IMG/VR virus record: IMGVR_UViG_3300002092_001784
Span: 64,001-128,000 of that record
DNA: 64,000 nt
Reading direction: 5' to 3' (one strand)
Source of the DNA: a virus
Lineage: Duplodnaviria; Caudoviricetes
The notes beneath the pieces are model-generated. The model ran no database searches, was not told where the DNA came from, and saw only the letters and a list, made by a program, of their open reading frames with translations. A program made the translations under genes and the position numbers. Shown here piece by piece: positions 11,026-21,266 of this stretch (position 1 is the first letter of the stretch; every line of letters starts with the position of its first letter).

Positions 11026-11716
11026 AATAAAAGTGGATGCTGAAAATAGATATACGGCAATGCAAAAACTAGCATATTCGATTGGAACTACAAATCACGA
11101 TGAGCATAACCAAAATCCTGATTATTGGCATATTCTTTTGGGTGAATTAAATAATACTGATTTGTGGGAGAATAAAGTTGCTCTTGATTTTGGTTGCGGT
11201 AAAGGTAGGAATGTGGTAAATATACACAGTAAATGTAATTGGACTCGAGTAGATGGTATTGATTTATCCGAAGCTAATATTCATTATTGTAAAAATAATT
11301 ACCCATATCTACCAAGTAATTGGTACACAAACAATGGTATTGATGTTTCCGTATTAAACGATAATGAATATGATTTTATATTATCTACTATTACTTTACA
11401 GCATATACCAGTATATGATATTAGAAAGAATATAATAACAGATTTATTTAGGGTATTGAAACCAAACGGTATTTTTTCGTTTCAAATGGCATATGGTGAA
11501 CATATAAATACTAACGAAAACGTAAGTTCATATTTTGAAAACTATTATGATGCACGTGGTACAAATAGTGCAAATGATGTTAGAATTGAAAATATAGAAG
11601 ATGTTGTTAATGATTTACAAGAAATAGGATTTGTAAATGTAAAAACTGAAATAAGAAATTCATATTCAGATGATGGTCATCCATACTGGATTTATGTGAA
11701 ATGTTCTAAAAAATGA
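11009..11716 (+). CDS. Class I SAM-dependent methyltransferase
   Basis: LDFGCGKGR, GIDLS and LKPNG motifs. Confidence 0.88.
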   Translation: MTGENKIKVDAENRYTAMQKLAYSIGTTNHDEHNQNPDYWHILLGELNNTDLWENKVALDFGCGKGRNVVNIHSKCNWTRVDGIDLSEANIHYCKNNYPYLPSNWYTNNGIDVSVLNDNEYDFILSTITLQHIPVYDIRKNIITDLFRVLKPNGIFSFQMAYGEHINTNENVSSYFENYYDARGTNSANDVRIENIEDVVNDLQEIGFVNVKTEIRNSYSDDGHPYWIYVKCSKK

Positions 11717-12384
11717 AAATTGCAATACTTTTAGCAGGACCGTATAGAGGTAGTACTCAAATATTGGAAAATCATTTACAATTCATAGGTGAGTACGATA
11801 TTTATGTTTCTTGCTTTGAACATTATAAAAATGACTGGATAAATAGTGGTTGGCCGATTAAAAAACTGTTTATCACACCAACTATTAATTTTAATGAAAC
11901 AAATTGGTCTAAGTATCGAAACGATTTAGCAGGACAAAGTGGATTTTGGCAATTTTGGAATTTGAGAAATGTAATACTAAATGTAGATAAAGATTATGAC
12001 TGGTATATAAAAAATAGGTGTGATTTACTGTTTAATACCAATGTGATTACTTCTGATTTTTTTGAAAATCTAAAGCCAAATACATTATACGCACCGTCTA
12101 ATATGTTTAATTCAAATACATGGAATGATAATGCGATTAATGATCAGTTTTATATTGGAGATTATACAGTTATGAAGGTAGTATCAGAATTTAGTATTAA
12201 TTACTATGATACATTCAGACATCAACTCAATGCAGGTGGAAATGAAAATTGTTTGAAAAATTGGTTAGATGATAATAATATATTAATTGAACCGGTTTCT
12301 TTTATAAAATATACCAAAGATTTTAATGGATACCAATACCCAACCGGAAACGATATTAACCAATACCAATTGGAAAATTTTTAA
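11713..12384 (+). CDS. Hypothetical glycan-related protein
   Basis: KIAILLAGPYR, YDWYIKNRCDL and NDQF; paralog family. Confidence 0.55.
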   Translation: MKIAILLAGPYRGSTQILENHLQFIGEYDIYVSCFEHYKNDWINSGWPIKKLFITPTINFNETNWSKYRNDLAGQSGFWQFWNLRNVILNVDKDYDWYIKNRCDLLFNTNVITSDFFENLKPNTLYAPSNMFNSNTWNDNAINDQFYIGDYTVMKVVSEFSINYYDTFRHQLNAGGNENCLKNWLDDNNILIEPVSFIKYTKDFNGYQYPTGNDINQYQLENF

Positions 12385-12393
12385 TAAATTACA

Positions 12394-13557
12394 ATGAAAA
12401 AAATAACATTTTGTATACCAACTAAGAATAATTTGAGATACCTTAAAGGGTGTATTCAATCAATACGAGAAAACAGTACATATGATAATGATATTATCGT
12501 ATTTGTAGATTCGGACAATGATGGAACTATTCATTGGTTAAAGGAAAATAGTATAAATTGCCTAATAAATGATAGTGGTACTCCAAAAGGTATTGCGTAT
12601 GGCTATAATCGATGTATTGAATCGGCTAAAACCAATATAGTATGTATGTTTCATGCTGATATGTATATGGCTAAGGGATTTGATACTGCTATACTGAAAC
12701 ATCTAAAACCGTTATCGGTAGTTAGTGGTACTCGTATCGAACCACCATTACACCCAAAGGGACAGGAGAAGGTGGTTGAAGATTTTGGTATGTATCCAGA
12801 AGATTTTAAGAAAGATGAATTTGAAGCATATACTGCCAAATTTAGCACCTTATATGAAGGTGTTACAACGCGCGGTATATTTGCTCCTTGGGCAATCTAT
12901 AAAGAAGATATAACCTCAATGGGTATGCACGATGAGATGTTCCATTCGTATCACGAAGATAGTGACATATTCAATCGTTTTATATTAAATGGGTATGAAA
13001 TAATTCAAACATGGGAGGGGTTGGTATATCATCTAACATGCAGAGGCGGTCAGTTTCAAGACGGAATCGAAAAAGTGACAACTGATACATTTTTTCATAA
13101 AATGAAAAATAATGCGTTCCGTAATTATGTTAGAAAGTGGGGCAGCTTTATTAAGAATGATATTCACCAATATCCAATAATACCTCACAAATATAATATA
13201 GGTCTTTATTTGAAAAATGGAACACCTGAGTTACTTAATATGTTAGAGCCGTGGTGTTCCAGTATATTTGTATCATTGCCAAACTCAGTTATTCAGAAAT
13301 ATATTACCGATGAACAGCCAAATACCAATGTAAACCTAAAAGAAAAAATAAATAGTGTACGCAGTGATAGTAGACCGGATATAACAGTAACGGTCGATGG
13401 TAGTAAATTAACACAACAATCTATTAATTTCATTTTTACATTATGTGAAATTTTGGATGCGAACGATTTGGTAGCCGGTGAATATGATTTTGATATATTT
13501 TCAATCACTGTATATAGAATCAATCATATTGAGAAGAATTTAATTAATAATAAATAA
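12394..13557 (+). CDS. GT2-family glycosyltransferase
   Basis: ITFCIPT, FHADM and HEDSD motifs. Confidence 0.8.
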   Translation: MKKITFCIPTKNNLRYLKGCIQSIRENSTYDNDIIVFVDSDNDGTIHWLKENSINCLINDSGTPKGIAYGYNRCIESAKTNIVCMFHADMYMAKGFDTAILKHLKPLSVVSGTRIEPPLHPKGQEKVVEDFGMYPEDFKKDEFEAYTAKFSTLYEGVTTRGIFAPWAIYKEDITSMGMHDEMFHSYHEDSDIFNRFILNGYEIIQTWEGLVYHLTCRGGQFQDGIEKVTTDTFFHKMKNNAFRNYVRKWGSFIKNDIHQYPIIPHKYNIGLYLKNGTPELLNMLEPWCSSIFVSLPNSVIQKYITDEQPNTNVNLKEKINSVRSDSRPDITVTVDGSKLTQQSINFIFTLCEILDANDLVAGEYDFDIFSITVYRINHIEKNLINNK

Positions 13558-14402
13558 TGAAAACAGTATTAGTTACAGGTGGTTGTGGTTTTATTGGTTA
13601 TGCTTTAACGGGGGAACTTATTAGGAGAGGATATTCTGTTGATGTTATTGATAATCTTTCTATTGGACGTGAAGCTAAAGATGTATCAGATACTGGGGCT
13701 ACATTTTTACATGGTGATGTAAGGGGTATGGAAAACTTAATTATGAGACCACATGATTATGTTTTTCATTTGGCAGCATTAAGTAGAATACAACCATCTT
13801 TTCAAAACCCAACACAAACTTTTTCGGTAAATGTTGATGGTACTCGGCAAGTTATAGAATATGCACATCGTACTAAAGCTAAACTGATATATGCCGGTTC
13901 TTCTTCACGATGGCATAACCCAACATTATCACCATATGCTATGAGTAAACATATGGGAGAAGAGTGGATTAAGATGTATAAAAAGGTATATGGACTAAAT
14001 TCTGAAATAGTTAGGTTTTACAACGTATATGGGCCCGGAGAATTAGTGGATTCGCATATGGCGGCTGTAATTGGATTATGGCGGTCCGCAATTAAAAAAG
14101 GTCAACCGATTTTAATACACAGTGATGGTGAGCAACGTAGAGATTTTACTCACATTGATGATATTATAGATGGATTGATTAAAATTGCAGAAAGTGATGA
14201 AACCCATGAAGATGCGTGGGAATTGGGTACTGGGAAGAATTACTCATTAAACGAAGTTGCTGATATGTTTGGGGCTGACCGGAAATATACAGATGATGTT
14301 AAAGGTAATTATAGAGAAACATTAAGAGTTAATAATGATGCTATTGATAGATTGGGATGGCAACCTAAAGATAGATTAAAACAATATATAGACGGATTAT
14401 GA
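13557..14402 (+). CDS. NAD-dependent epimerase/dehydratase
   Basis: GGCGFIG, HLAA, YAMSK, RFYNVYGP and RDFTH extended-SDR motifs. Confidence 0.92.
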   Translation: MKTVLVTGGCGFIGYALTGELIRRGYSVDVIDNLSIGREAKDVSDTGATFLHGDVRGMENLIMRPHDYVFHLAALSRIQPSFQNPTQTFSVNVDGTRQVIEYAHRTKAKLIYAGSSSRWHNPTLSPYAMSKHMGEEWIKMYKKVYGLNSEIVRFYNVYGPGELVDSHMAAVIGLWRSAIKKGQPILIHSDGEQRRDFTHIDDIIDGLIKIAESDETHEDAWELGTGKNYSLNEVADMFGADRKYTDDVKGNYRETLRVNNDAIDRLGWQPKDRLKQYIDGL

Positions 14403-15283
14403 AAAAAAGTACATTAGTAGTAGTGCATTGTATGCCAACCGAAATAGAAATGCTGGAACGCTTTATGGTACGGTATCGTAAATCACTTTCGCATTTGGAT
14501 AGTAATGATGATGTTACATTAAAAGTGACACTAAACCTAAACCCTAAACTTACAGATTGGGATGTTAGTGAATTGAAGCAGGATTATTTTATAAAACGAT
14601 TTGATACATTGTTTGATGATATTAAAAGTGTAAATGAAATTCAATTGGGTGATTCGTTAATGGGAACTACTCAACAGAAACGAGAAAGTATTGAGTTGGA
14701 TTACGACCAATTTATATTTTGTGATCCAGATGTAATTACGCATGAGTTGTTATTGGCAACTCAAATCCATACATCATACGATATGAACGGTATGTATATC
14801 ATATCACCATCATTACCTAAATGGTGGGATTATACTTGGAATCAGTTATGTCATTCTGATTATGTAAACCGACCATATCAATACGCATATAGCGATGAAT
14901 GTATATTAAACGCAGAAATCCAAACAGTTTCCGATATAACTGTTAAACCTATTAGTAGAATAAAATTTGGATGTGGTATGCATACTTTATATTCCAAAGA
15001 ATTTTGGAAGTTTATCGGAATACCCGAATCGTTGGGGGGTTATGGGCCGGAAGATACATATGCAATGCAAGCAGCATCCTTAGCTATAAAGTTCGGTTAT
15101 GATATTAAACAATTTGTATTGGATGGCATTTACATTACGGAAGATTTGATAAATAAAAAATGTGAAATCGAAAGTAAAATAGTAAAAGTTGATAATAAAT
15201 CAGAACTGTATAAAAATGGTGAAGATAACAGTAAAATAGAATTAGTGAACTTTGGTAAAAAACTATACACTTTTTTGAGATAA
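14399..15283 (+). CDS. Putative GT-A-like protein
   Basis: FIFCDPD and YGPED motifs. Confidence 0.5.
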   Translation: MKKSTLVVVHCMPTEIEMLERFMVRYRKSLSHLDSNDDVTLKVTLNLNPKLTDWDVSELKQDYFIKRFDTLFDDIKSVNEIQLGDSLMGTTQQKRESIELDYDQFIFCDPDVITHELLLATQIHTSYDMNGMYIISPSLPKWWDYTWNQLCHSDYVNRPYQYAYSDECILNAEIQTVSDITVKPISRIKFGCGMHTLYSKEFWKFIGIPESLGGYGPEDTYAMQAASLAIKFGYDIKQFVLDGIYITEDLINKKCEIESKIVKVDNKSELYKNGEDNSKIELVNFGKKLYTFLR

Positions 15284-15367
15284 ATAAAAAAATTAAATAT
15301 TTATAATAAATTAAAAAGTGCGTGAATTGCACACCATTTAGTTTCAACTAATTATATAAAATTCTAC

Positions 15368-15979
15368 ATGCAAATGATTGAAATATATGCAAGTGTGTTA
15401 ATCGCATTAATAACTACTTTGTTTGGCCCGTTGTTTGTCACTTGGGTTCGACATAGAATAGTTAAAAAACCCAAAGATGCATTGGTTGGAGATTTAATTG
15501 AGCTCGAAAAGGTGGATATTGAATTACAAGAAATACTTGATTACCTTAATGCAGATAGAGTGTGGATAACACAACTTCATAACGGTGGCCATTTCTTACA
15601 TTCCAATAAATCTATGAAGAAGTTTTCGGTAATGTATGAAGTTACGTCTGCTGGAATTTCTACCATATCATCTACACTTTCAAATATACCAATGACGTTA
15701 TATTCGGCATTGTTTAAGGAATTATTAACTAACAAAAAGGTAATAGTACATGATGCACTTGCATCCTGCAACACCTATGGATTAAATAATATAGCAACAA
15801 GTTCAGGTACTGTATCATTTTATATTGTGGGTATGTTTGATTTCGGAACAGAATTTCTTATCGGTATGGTTGGTGTTGATTATTTGGAAGAAACCCAACT
15901 AACAGATGAACAGTTGGAATATTTGCAATTTAAGGTAGAAAAAATATCAGGATACCTGTCGGCAAAATATAAAAGATAA
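15368..15979 (+). CDS. Holin-like protein (one N-terminal TM helix plus a GAF-like domain)
   Basis: Hydrophobic residues about 6-26, then ADRVWI..HNG and GMVGVDY GAF-like pattern; same architecture as T4 holin T. Confidence 0.5.
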   Translation: MQMIEIYASVLIALITTLFGPLFVTWVRHRIVKKPKDALVGDLIELEKVDIELQEILDYLNADRVWITQLHNGGHFLHSNKSMKKFSVMYEVTSAGISTISSTLSNIPMTLYSALFKELLTNKKVIVHDALASCNTYGLNNIATSSGTVSFYIVGMFDFGTEFLIGMVGVDYLEETQLTDEQLEYLQFKVEKISGYLSAKYKR

Positions 15980-16512
15980 TGATAGCAAGGAGTTTATTTA
16001 CAGAAGATAAGAAATTGAGAGTGTTTGACTTTGATGATGTTTTGGTCAAAACAACATCATTTGTTTATGTGACTCATAAAAATGGAAGTAAGCAAAAGTT
16101 ATCACCCGCACAATATGCTGTATATAAAGAACAACCGGGTGATATATTTGATTACAAAGATTTTCAGCAGGTATCCAATCCAAAATTGATAAAGGGATAT
16201 GTTGAATTATTAAAAAGAATTGTCAATTCCGGTGGAGACCGTAAAGTCTATATATTAACAGCAAGAAATGCTTATAAACCCGTATATGATTTTATTAGAC
16301 AATTAGGGGTTCGTAATGTTGAAGTAATAGCATTGGGTGATTCAAATCCAGAAAAGAAAGCAGATTGGATTGAAGATCAAATTAAATCCAATGGATATGA
16401 TGATGTGTTTTTTGTAGATGATTCTATTAAAAATGTGGAAGCAGTTCGTAAAAGATTACAAAAATATCCTAGCATAAAGAAAAAAATACAACTGGCAAAA
16501 AGTTCCAGTTAA
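15979..16512 (+). CDS. HAD-family phosphatase
   Basis: VFDFDDVL, ILTAR, K and FVDDS motifs. Confidence 0.75.
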   Translation: MIARSLFTEDKKLRVFDFDDVLVKTTSFVYVTHKNGSKQKLSPAQYAVYKEQPGDIFDYKDFQQVSNPKLIKGYVELLKRIVNSGGDRKVYILTARNAYKPVYDFIRQLGVRNVEVIALGDSNPEKKADWIEDQIKSNGYDDVFFVDDSIKNVEAVRKRLQKYPSIKKKIQLAKSSS

Positions 16513-16528
16513 TAAACGAATATTAACA

Positions 16529-17017
16529 TTGACACCCATAATGAGTTATATATATTGGTTCACAGGAAACTATGGTGCTGGTAAAACCACAATTGGCACT
16601 AAGTTAAAAGAATTTCTTCAAACCGAAAAACGTAATTGGCGTAAAACGGTATTTTATATTGATGAAACCGAATTACGAAATATCACAAATAACACAGATT
16701 ATTCATCGGAAGGTAATCACAAAATAGTTGTAGATATTCAACTAATAACAAAATTCTTGCATAATAACATATGCGATGTTATTGTGACATCAACCTCACC
16801 AAACAGAGAGTTACGGGAGCAGTTTAAGAATGAAATGGGTGATTCTGTAATTGAGATATATACCCACACTAATCGTAAACGGAAAACGGACGCACTTAAA
16901 GTTGATAATTATGAAATACCGGAATCCAATTTTATAGATATGGATACTACGCATGATAATCCTGCACAATCATTTTCGAACCTGATAACTCACCTAAAAT
17001 CTATAAATAAGTTATAA
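16529..17017 (+). CDS. Adenylylsulfate kinase-like P-loop protein
   Basis: YWFTGNYGAGKTT at the N-terminus; TTG start. Confidence 0.6.
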   Translation: MTPIMSYIYWFTGNYGAGKTTIGTKLKEFLQTEKRNWRKTVFYIDETELRNITNNTDYSSEGNHKIVVDIQLITKFLHNNICDVIVTSTSPNRELREQFKNEMGDSVIEIYTHTNRKRKTDALKVDNYEIPESNFIDMDTTHDNPAQSFSNLITHLKSINKL

Positions 17018-17033
17018 TTAGTATATTAAAGTT

Positions 17034-17576
17034 ATGGAAGATTCAGTATTTGACCCAACGCAAAACTTATCCCTAGCCCCTAAACAACGGTCTAAACGTG
17101 GATTTGCATCACGTCCCCTAATGGAATCAGAAATCAGAGATGTTCAAAAAAGAGCACGTTCTGCTGCCGAAGCCGCAAGATTATTGGGTGTAGTTTATAA
17201 TACCTATAAAAAATATGCACAAATGTATGGTATATTTGAGGACTTAAAAAATCCGTCTTGTATTGGTATTCCTAAAAAATCAAATGGTGGTATTGGTAAC
17301 TACCCGTTAGATGATATATTGGCAGGTAAGCACCCTACTTATGATATATCCAAACTAAAAAAGAGATTACTATTAAATGGGTATTTGGAAGAGAAGTGCT
17401 GTTTGTGTGGTTATGAAGAAAGAAGATTAACAGACCACAGAGTACCATTGGTATTGGATTTTGTGGATGGGGATCGGAAAAATTTCTTATATGATAACCT
17501 ACGCATGCTATGTCTAAACTGTTCATTCCTACACAATGGAAATCTGACAGGACCAAAACAACTCTACTATTATTGA
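17034..17576 (+). CDS. HTH plus degenerate HNH zinc-finger protein
   Basis: SAAEAARLLGV HTH; CCLCG...LDFVDG..N..NLRMLCLNC. Confidence 0.6.
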   Translation: MEDSVFDPTQNLSLAPKQRSKRGFASRPLMESEIRDVQKRARSAAEAARLLGVVYNTYKKYAQMYGIFEDLKNPSCIGIPKKSNGGIGNYPLDDILAGKHPTYDISKLKKRLLLNGYLEEKCCLCGYEERRLTDHRVPLVLDFVDGDRKNFLYDNLRMLCLNCSFLHNGNLTGPKQLYYY

Positions 17577-17583
17577 TAATAAA

Positions 17584-17615
17584 TTTGGAAAAGTGAAAAA
17601 TTATTAGTATCTTTG
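17584..17615 (+). promoter_or_regulatory. Bacteroidota primary-sigma promoter
   Basis: TTTG-N20-TATCTTTG. Confidence 0.75.
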
Positions 17616-17646
17616 TATAAATTAAACAATTAAAATAAAAACAGTT

Positions 17647-17859
17647 ATGAGCAAGTATTTTGAAGTTTCAGTTGAAGTTGTCGTATCTACGGCTAAGAAT
17701 GGCAAAGAAAAAAAGAACAAGGAAGTATACCTCGTTGACTCAATGTCAGTTACCGAAGCAGAAGCGCGTGTAGTTAAAGATTTTACCGATGCTGGAGTTG
17801 TGTTAGACTATAAAGTTGTTTCGGTAAAGGAGAGTAGAGTAATTCAAGTAATTGAATAA
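17647..17859 (+). CDS. DUF4494-like small protein
   Basis: YFEV..., EVYLVDSMSVTEAEARV pattern typical of this Bacteroidota family. Confidence 0.65.
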   Translation: MSKYFEVSVEVVVSTAKNGKEKKNKEVYLVDSMSVTEAEARVVKDFTDAGVVLDYKVVSVKESRVIQVIE

Positions 17860-17861
17860 TT

Positions 17862-18110
17862 ATGGAAACAGATATTAAAGAAGAAAAAGTAGTAGTTTTG
17901 AAACGAAACCCGCCCGGTGATAGGTGGAGTTTCGTTTCAGAACCATCTGGCACAGTGTATCCATCATTAACGGCTGGGTTGGATGCGTGGTATCAAACCA
18001 ATGGTAATACGAGTTTTTTTATTGATGCAAGGGCTGGAACAGTAAGTGTTGTTAAATCAGTAGAAGTTGAAAGACCAATTGAAAAGTATTCTTTATACGG
18101 AGAATATTAA
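17862..18110 (+). CDS. Hypothetical protein
   Basis: 82 aa ORF, co-oriented. Confidence 0.6.
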   Translation: METDIKEEKVVVLKRNPPGDRWSFVSEPSGTVYPSLTAGLDAWYQTNGNTSFFIDARAGTVSVVKSVEVERPIEKYSLYGEY

Positions 18111-18168
18111 AACAGAACGATGTTTATATTTATATAAAATTATCGTTTAATTGTATAAACCTATTATA

Positions 18169-19020
18169 ATGAGTAAGAAAATCCTAAATGAAATAAAAAG
18201 TATCTCTAATGAACTGAAAGAAATTCGTAAGAGTATGTTGCTTCAAATGATTACAGAAGGTGTTGATGATCCGGGAATCCTAAAATGTGTATTTTTAGCA
18301 GGTGGACCGGGTTCGGGTAAAAGTTATGTGGCCAATGAAATATTTGGTATGACAGATGAAATGAAAAATCAAACATTTTCCGCATCTGGGTTGAAGATAG
18401 TTAATTCAGACCGTGCATTTGAAAAAGTACTTAAAGATTATGGTATAGACCCAAAAGATTTAGCAAAGATTGAAAAAGACGAACCTGAATTTTGGAATAA
18501 CATTGTATTAGGACAACTTAGAACTAAAGCCAAAACTATTACAAATACGCAAAAATCATTTTACGAAATGGGAAGGCTTGGAATGATAATTGATGGTACT
18601 GGTGATGAAGTTTCATCTATACTTGAAAAGAAAGTCAAAGCTGAAAAAATGGGGTATGATTGTTATATGATTTTTGTGAATACTTCTTTGGAAGTTGCTC
18701 TATATCGTAACGCACACCGTTCTAGGCAGTTGAGCGAAAAATTAGTTAAAGAAATATGGCATAAATGCCAAAATAATTTAGGTAAGTTCCAACACATATT
18801 TGGACCAAGATTTACTATTGTTGATAATACATCAGGTGTACCGTTTCATTGGACGGATACGGATACCAAAGGTAGGGAATATGAAATGGATACGGCTGTT
18901 GCACGTGGAGTGCTGGCTGCTGTTAATAAATTCGTTAATGCACCTTTGCAAAATCCAGATGGCAAAAAATGGGTATTGAGCGCTAGGGCATTAAAAAACG
19001 CTAATTTGATAAATAAGTAA
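18169..19020 (+). CDS. P-loop kinase (zeta-toxin/AAA_33-like)
   Basis: FLAGGPGSGKS, VNSD, IIDGT and RN..R lid motifs; start moved to ATG 18169. Confidence 0.7.
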   Translation: MSKKILNEIKSISNELKEIRKSMLLQMITEGVDDPGILKCVFLAGGPGSGKSYVANEIFGMTDEMKNQTFSASGLKIVNSDRAFEKVLKDYGIDPKDLAKIEKDEPEFWNNIVLGQLRTKAKTITNTQKSFYEMGRLGMIIDGTGDEVSSILEKKVKAEKMGYDCYMIFVNTSLEVALYRNAHRSRQLSEKLVKEIWHKCQNNLGKFQHIFGPRFTIVDNTSGVPFHWTDTDTKGREYEMDTAVARGVLAAVNKFVNAPLQNPDGKKWVLSARALKNANLINK

Positions 19021-19021
19021 C

Positions 19022-19153
19022 ATGGCAAAGAAAGATTCAGCACAGAAAGTTTTCGGTAAATTATCATTCGGTAAGAAAGGGACGGGTAAATTAAAAAAAC
19101 ACCCAAACAGACACGATAGAAGAGAGAAAAATTACAGAGGACAGGGTCGTTAA
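19022..19153 (+). CDS. Small basic protein (43 aa), not in ORF track
   Basis: MAKKDSAQKVFGKLSFGKKGTGKLKKHPNRHDRREKNYRGQGR. Confidence 0.6.
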   Translation: MAKKDSAQKVFGKLSFGKKGTGKLKKHPNRHDRREKNYRGQGR

Positions 19154-19170
19154 TCGTTACGAAATCTATT

Positions 19171-19341
19171 ATGAAAAATGAAAAATTTTATATCGAGAAA
19201 TTAATTCTTGATGATGAGTATGCCGATGATATTGTATTGGACAAGACTACAAAAATAAGTAAATTCAAAAGAAACAATCCAAAGAAGCCAAAAAGTAAGC
19301 ATCACCAAAATGTGGAAGTTTTTGAAGATGAATTGGATTAA
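19171..19341 (+). CDS. Small protein (56 aa), not in ORF track
   Basis: MKNEKFYIEKLILDDEYADD...FEDELD fills the gap between genes. Confidence 0.55.
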   Translation: MKNEKFYIEKLILDDEYADDIVLDKTTKISKFKRNNPKKPKSKHHQNVEVFEDELD

Positions 19342-19353
19342 ATACAAATTAAT

Positions 19354-19812
19354 ATGTTACAACACTACATTTCACATAGAGGAAATTTAGATGGTCGGAT
19401 TCCTGATAAAGAAAACCATCCATCTTATATTAATGACGCTATTGCTTCCGGATATGAGGTTGAGATTGATGTTTGGATGATTGAAGGTGTCCTATTTTTA
19501 GGACACGATGAACCCCAATATGGTATAACTCAACATTGGTTGAATGAACGTTCGGATAGATTATGGATACATTGTAAAAACACTGAAGCAGTTGAATGGT
19601 TCAGTAGTATTACAGGGTTTTGGTGGTTTTGGCATGAATCGGATACACTTACTTTAACATCAGCTGGCCACCGTTGGGTATATCCCGGAAAACAACCAAT
19701 CAATAGAAGTATCGCAGTACTGCCGGAAATACATAACGATGATGTCAGTCAATGTGTTGGTATTTGTTCAGATTATATACAAAACTATAAATACCAGTTC
19801 ACCCACGTATGA
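19354..19812 (+). CDS. Glycerophosphodiesterase/PI-PLC-like protein
   Basis: ISHRGN, VEIDVW and LGHD motifs. Confidence 0.7.
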   Translation: MLQHYISHRGNLDGRIPDKENHPSYINDAIASGYEVEIDVWMIEGVLFLGHDEPQYGITQHWLNERSDRLWIHCKNTEAVEWFSSITGFWWFWHESDTLTLTSAGHRWVYPGKQPINRSIAVLPEIHNDDVSQCVGICSDYIQNYKYQFTHV

Positions 19813-20132
19813 AAATCAATAAATTAGATGAAATGTTTCGTGGTTGGTTTGTTGGTAACTTTGAACCTACATTATACCTTACCAATGATGTTGAAGTGGC
19901 AGTTAAACGATACAATAAAGGAGATTATGAAGCAGCACATTACCATAAAATAGCAACAGAGATAAGTGTTGTTATATCAGGTCGTGTCAGAATGAATGGT
20001 ATTGAATATGGTGCTGGGGATATTATTACAATGGAGCCCGATGAGGCAACCGATTTTGAAGCACTGGAAGATGGTACAGTAAATGTAGTAGTTAAACTAC
20101 CTGGAGCTAACGATGATAAATATTTAGTATGA
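19809..20132 (+). CDS. Cupin-domain protein
   Basis: HYHKIATE cupin motif. Confidence 0.7.
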   Translation: MKINKLDEMFRGWFVGNFEPTLYLTNDVEVAVKRYNKGDYEAAHYHKIATEISVVISGRVRMNGIEYGAGDIITMEPDEATDFEALEDGTVNVVVKLPGANDDKYLV

Positions 20133-20953
20133 AAATAGCACTTTGTTTTTCTGGCCATATAAATGACTTGAATGATACTAAAGAATATTGGACAGGGCTG
20201 ATTAAAAAATATGATATTGATGTATATGGTTCGTTTTGGGAGGATGAACATATAGAGTTTGGTGATACTGCTGAAAACTTCTTAAACATATATTCGCCGA
20301 AACGGTTTGAAGTTGAGAATTATGAAGCATTTAAGACATCAACTCAAGATTTAGTATCTATGAATATTGATCCACCTGCTGAAATCGAATCATTTTTTAT
20401 GGGTACTACTAAACGGTTTGGTCAGTTATCTATGTATTACAGAATATGGAGATGTAATATGCTTACCAAACAAACCGGTACTAAATACGATTTAGTTATT
20501 AGAGCACGGACAGATACTAAGTTAGATGATAACTTTGAAATAACTTACAATGAAATGTTGAATGTGCCGGTTGGTATTGTGTGTGCATATGTATTGCCTA
20601 ATTCATTTGGGTATAATGATTGCTTTGCGTATGGTACTCCAAAGATAATGGATTATTACAGTTTTCTGTTTTTACGCATGATGGAATACCTTAAAGCAGG
20701 ATATTATGCATTACCGGCTGAACATTTTCTTTTAGTTCATTTTTCAAAAATACACATACAGGTTAGACAGATGGCCAATTATATAACCGTTACACGTACA
20801 TCCAAACGAATGCCGGATGAGGTATATAATCGCACCACATCACCATTCGAAGAAAATGTACAATGGAGCGATTGGTGGGAAGACACTATCTCAAATCCAG
20901 CCCAATTTGGAAATTTTATGAAAGCATCAATTAAAGACGATTTTGTGGTTTAG
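20129..20953 (+). CDS. Hypothetical glycan-related protein (KIALCFSG family)
   Basis: KIALCFSG, YDLVIRARTD and NDCFAYG motifs. Confidence 0.6.
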   Translation: MKIALCFSGHINDLNDTKEYWTGLIKKYDIDVYGSFWEDEHIEFGDTAENFLNIYSPKRFEVENYEAFKTSTQDLVSMNIDPPAEIESFFMGTTKRFGQLSMYYRIWRCNMLTKQTGTKYDLVIRARTDTKLDDNFEITYNEMLNVPVGIVCAYVLPNSFGYNDCFAYGTPKIMDYYSFLFLRMMEYLKAGYYALPAEHFLLVHFSKIHIQVRQMANYITVTRTSKRMPDEVYNRTTSPFEENVQWSDWWEDTISNPAQFGNFMKASIKDDFVV

Positions 20954-20992
20954 TATCGTTTATGATATTTAATTAAAATTAATTATCTTATT

Positions 20993-21151
20993 ATGGACAT
21001 AGCAAATAAAATATCAATTATTATTGAAATGCTTGATGACTCGGTATCTCTTGAAGATTGGGGTATTGTGGAAGATGCAAGACGTGAACTGAATTTTCTT
21101 TACGAAGAAATTGAATCTGATTTTCCATTAGATGATTTCGATCAGGATTAA
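20993..21151 (+). CDS. Small acidic protein (52 aa), not in ORF track
   Basis: MDIANKISIIIEMLDDSVSLEDW...DDFDQD. Confidence 0.55.
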   Translation: MDIANKISIIIEMLDDSVSLEDWGIVEDARRELNFLYEEIESDFPLDDFDQD

Positions 21152-21189
21152 TTAAAATTACAACTTTTATAAAGAAAAATCACAAAAAA

Positions 21190-21221
21190 TTTGGAAAGTT
21201 CAAATATTATTCGTATATTTG
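21190..21221 (+). promoter_or_regulatory. Bacteroidota promoter
   Basis: TTTG-N20-TATATTTG. Confidence 0.7.
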
Positions 21222-21266
21222 GACTTCAGATTAGGTGTGATATGGATAAAAATTACTTATTACGAT

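Noticed and set aside
16529-17017. Sulfation pathway inferred from the APS kinase-like gene
   Set aside because: Divergent P-loop, and no sulfate adenylyltransferase or sulfotransferase was recognised.
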